Source: Chiloscyllium plagiosum (lineage: Eukaryota). From it: a stretch of 64,000 nucleotides of DNA. Below the pieces are notes generated by a model. That model saw only the letters and a list, made by a program, of their open reading frames with translations. It did not search any database and was not told the DNA's origin. The position numbers were made by a program, and so were the translations under genes. The stretch's first letter is position 1. Each line of letters begins with the position of its first letter. Below, piece by piece: positions 60,181 through 64,000 of the stretch. Location: assembly GCF_004010195.1 (NCBI RefSeq), contig NC_057760.1, positions 1,369,606 to 1,433,605 on the forward strand, given 5' to 3'.

Positions 60181-62297
60181 ATGCCATCTCTCTGACGCTC
60201 TGTTAAGCTGATCAGTGTGGAGCCCCCTCAGCATTTGTCCCCTCCAACATTCTAGGGTTCAGTCTGTGGCATGGGACGTTGAACCCAGGGATTTCGGAAT
60301 TAAGACTGGAAAGGAAGGTTTCTTTACAGAGTACTCTCCACACGTGTGAGCTAACGGCTGGTGGAGGTGAGGTTTGTTTATGGATGTTCACCCTGTGAAT
60401 GTATTGTTAATATTCTTTCTGGATATACACTTAGAAACTAGTGCATCTGTTGTCAGTGCTCCATTACTCTTCTGTCTTTTGAGCGGTGACTGGTGTGTGG
60501 TTGGGCTATTCGACCGCAGACGCCATCGTAGCCGCGGAAGGTCCATCCATTGATAGGTTTGCACACCGTCCTCCAAACCTGACCACAGAGGCACCGAGAC
60601 CGGCGAACGTGGGAACGTGACCGTCCTCTGTGTGATAGCGGCCGTCTGCCATCTGAACTCTTGCCAGCTGTTCACAGCCATGACCTTGTCTGTGTCCACA
60701 GGTCACCCTCACAGAACCAGCCCAGATATGGCAGTCGTCCAGATGCAGAAAAACGCAATGGTACTCTTTACTGTTTTATCATTTCAGCAGCTCCTGCAGT
60801 AGCCAATGTTGGGGGTCGGGTGGGTGGGGATAGTGTGAATCGTAACGTGTTGGTCGTCTCGTGTAAGAACTAAGACCAGGAGCGGGTAATTCAGCCCCTC
60901 CAGGCTGCTCCGCCATCTCATCTCGGCCTCGGCTCCACTCTGCTGTCCACCCTTCAACTCATTACTAATTAGAATTCTTCCTTAAGGCGGGCACATCTAA
61001 TGACATTAAAAAGGCATCCGGATGGGTGCACGGATGGGAAGGGGTTGGATGGGCCAAATGCTGGCCAACGGGATCAGGATGTCTAGTCGGTGCGGAGGAG
61101 TTGGACTGACGGGTCTGTTTCCGTACTGGATGAATCTGTGACTCTTAAACCTACTCAGATTACGGTACACTCTGGGATAGTGAATTCCACTGAATCATGA
61201 CCCTTTGAGGAGAAGTACCTGCTCCTCATCTCTGTTTTAAATCTGCTACCTCTTCTCTTAAAACTACGACCTCTCCTTCGAGATTGTACTGCATGGGGAA
61301 ACGTTTTTTTTGCCTACATTCTGCTTTGTCAATGCCCTTTAGCACATTCTATACCTCAGTTAGATCCCATTCCGCTAAATTCTGGAGAGTCTCGGCTTAA
61401 AGTGCTCAATCCCTCTTCATGTTGTTGTTGTTGTGCCACCAGTCTTACCAGACTATGGGGCATCACGGTGGCTCAGTGGTTAGCACTGCTGCCTCACAGT
61501 GCCAGGGTCCTGGGCTCGGGCGACTGTCTGTGTGGAGTTTGCACATTCTTCCCGTGGCTGCGTGGGTTTCCTCCGGGTGCTCCGGTTTCCTCCCACAATC
61601 CAAAGATGTGCAGGTTTCGTGAATTGACCGTGCTAAATTGTCCATAGTGTTAGGTGCATTAGTTAGGGGTGGGTTACTCTTCAGAGGGTCGGTGTGGACT
61701 TGTTGGGCCGAAGGGCCTGTTTCCGCACTGTGGGAAATCGAATCTAATTGGACCATAGAGGGCTGCTCTCTCAAATACAAACATTATTTTTGAACTCTTC
61801 CCATTCATCATTTACCTTGTGGTGTTGATCCGTGTGGCTCTCCCACTTTATTCAAAGCAATTCTTAATTCTCGACCTTTAGATAAGTACATGAACAATAA
61901 AGGGATCTGGGCCAAGCACAGGCAGGTGAGACTACTTTAGTCTGGGATTATAGTTGGCATGGACTGGTTGGACCAAAGGGTCTGTTTCCGTGCTGCATGA
62001 CTCAATGACTTTAAGCTCGTTGCTATTAAACTGGAACTCAAGAAACCTTTTCGTTGTGGATAAGAGATTATAAGAGACGACACAATCACACAGTTAATGC
62101 CACATTCACTTCCACCTCTGTTAATTTCTTTTCAGTCAGCCTGTAACATACCTCCATGGCCGTCGCACTCTAAGGTGAGATGTGAACCTGGACTTGCTGC
62201 CCCAGGAGTAGAAACACTAACCACTCTGTCACAACACCCTCTTGTTTTCCCATTATATTTACTCAGTCGCTTAATTGATAAGTTCATCCTAGTGAGC

Positions 62298-63062
62298 AAA
62301 ATGCAAGGTGTTGCATTTTGGCAAGGCAAATCAGGCAGGACTTATACAGTTAATGTTAAGGGCCTGGGGAGTGTTGCTGAACAAAGAGACCTTGGAGTGC
62401 AGGTTCATAGCTCCTTGAAAGTAGAGTCGCAGGTAGATAGGATGGTGAAGAAGGCGTTTGGTATGCTTTCCTTTATTGGTCAGTGCATTGGGTATAGGAA
62501 TTGGGAGATCACGTCGTGGCTGTACAGGGCGTTGATTAGGCCACTTTTGGAAGACTGCATGCAATTCTGGTTTCCCTGCTTTGGGAAAGATGTTGTTAAA
62601 CTAGCAAGGGTGCAGTAAAGATTTACAAGGATGTTGGGGGGTTTGAGCTACAGGGAGAGGCTGAACAGGCTGGGGCTGTTTTCCCTGGAGCGTCGGAGGC
62701 TGAGGGGTGACCTTATAGAGGTTTATAATATCATGAGGGGCATGGATAGGGTAAATAGGCAAAGTCTTTTCCCTGGGGGTGGGGAATCCAGAACTGGTGG
62801 GCATAGGTTTTGGGTGAGAGGGGAAAGATTTAAACAGGCAACGTTTTCGCGTAGAGGGTGGTGCGTGTATGGAATGAGCTGCCAGAGGAAGTGGTGGAGG
62901 CTGGTACAATGACAGCATTTAAAAGGCATCTGGATGGGGACGTGAATAGGGAGGGTTTAGAGGGATACGGGCCAAGTGCTGGCAAATGGGACTAGATTAG
63001 ATTAGGATATCTGGTCCACATGGATGAGTTGATTGAAGGGTCTGTTTCTGTGTTGTACATCT
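62298..63062 (+). mobile_element. CR1 LINE 3' fragment
   Basis: GSVAEQRDLGVQVHSSLKVESQVDRMVKKAFGML...LIRPLLE...; 3' tail. Confidence 0.85.
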
Positions 63063-63467
63063 CGAGAAAGCAGCAGCTCAATGTCTTGGATGATGCCATA
63101 GCAATTTAGATACCCACATCTGCTGATGACACACAAAGTCTACTGCAGGCAATGTAGATGGTAGCATGAAGTTACTGACTAGGAGAATCGGCAACACTGT
63201 GGCAGATGGACTTCAGTGTAATTAAGTGTGAGGTTGTCTGTTTTGGACTGACAAAGGACAGATCAGGATACTTTCTAGATAGTGAGAAGTTAAGTACAGT
63301 GGATGTTCAAAGAGACTTTGGAGTTTATGTGAATATTTCTTAACAATGCCAAAAACAGTTAGTCAGGATTGCTAAAGGAATGCTGGTCTTTAAATCGAAA
63401 AACACTGAAGTTATGCTGTGTTTACACAAACCACTGTTTAGACCCTACCTGGAGTCCGTGAGAATAT

Positions 63468-64000
63468 GACAGAGTCATAGAGATGTACAGCATGGAAACA
63501 GACCCTTCGGTCCAACCAGTCCATGCCAACCAGATATCCCAACCCAATCGAATCCCATCTGTCAGCACCCGGTCCATATCCCTCCAAACCCTTCCTATTC
63601 ATATACCCATCCAGGTGCCTTTTAAATGTTGCAATTATACTAGCGTCCACCACTTCCTCTGGCAGCTCATTCCATACACGTACCACCCTCTGTGTGAAAA
63701 AGTTTCCCCTTAGGTCCCTTTCCCCTCTCACCCTAAACCTATGCCCCTCTAGTTCTGGACTCTCCAATCCCAGGGAAAAGACCTTGTCTATTTACCCTAT
63801 CCATGCCCCTCATAATTTTGTAAACCTCTATAAAGTCACCCCTCAGCCTCCGACGCTCCAGGGAAAACAGTCCCAGCCTGTTCAGCCTCTCCCTGTAGCT
63901 CAAATCCTTCAACCCTGGCAACATCCTTGTAAATCTTTTCTGAACCCTTTCAAGTTTCACAACATCTTTCCGATAGGAAGGAGACCAGAATTGCACGCAA
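63468..64000 (-). mobile_element. CR1 LINE 3' fragment running off the window
   Basis: [28 protein letters not shown]...; tail (ctctatga)n on the minus strand. Confidence 0.88.

Noticed and set aside
60709..60793. Minus-strand frame S-C-TGA followed by a hydrophobic tail, possible selenoprotein exon
   Set aside because: No match to a selenoprotein family I recognise and no SECIS identified.

Overview
Eukaryotic, repeat-rich vertebrate DNA. The HE1-type tRNA-SINEs and CR1 LINEs point to a cartilaginous fish (shark); this is an inference. The window holds one complete + strand gene, ARNT (aryl hydrocarbon receptor nuclear translocator, HIF-1beta; bHLH-PAS). It has a CpG-island promoter at about 7.2-8.2 kb, an apparently non-coding exon 1, and 19 coding exons (19910-48856) that I spliced by hand into a phase-consistent 2139-nt CDS (712 aa). 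A long 3'UTR probably runs to about 54.5 kb. Introns and flanks are filled with HE1-like SINEs, CR1, L1 and Rex-like LINE fragments, LTR-like pieces and several minisatellites. The most striking non-genic signal is 15 or more short Penelope-like elements of three sequence families carrying minimal hammerhead-ribozyme cores (CUGANGA-hairpin-GAAA-NN-UH). They are often head-to-head palindromes with target-site duplications and are nested into each other. ARNT oddities: the exon-1 start codon appears lost with an overlapping uORF and a 5'UTR G-quadruplex, there is one GC-AG intron, two exons present in mammalian ARNT are not found, and the C-terminus has ARNT2-like motifs. A second CpG/E-box promoter-like patch lies at about 57.5 kb. 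Almost all ORFs in the supplied track are repeat-derived noise. Repeat boundaries are approximate and comparisons to human proteins are from memory.
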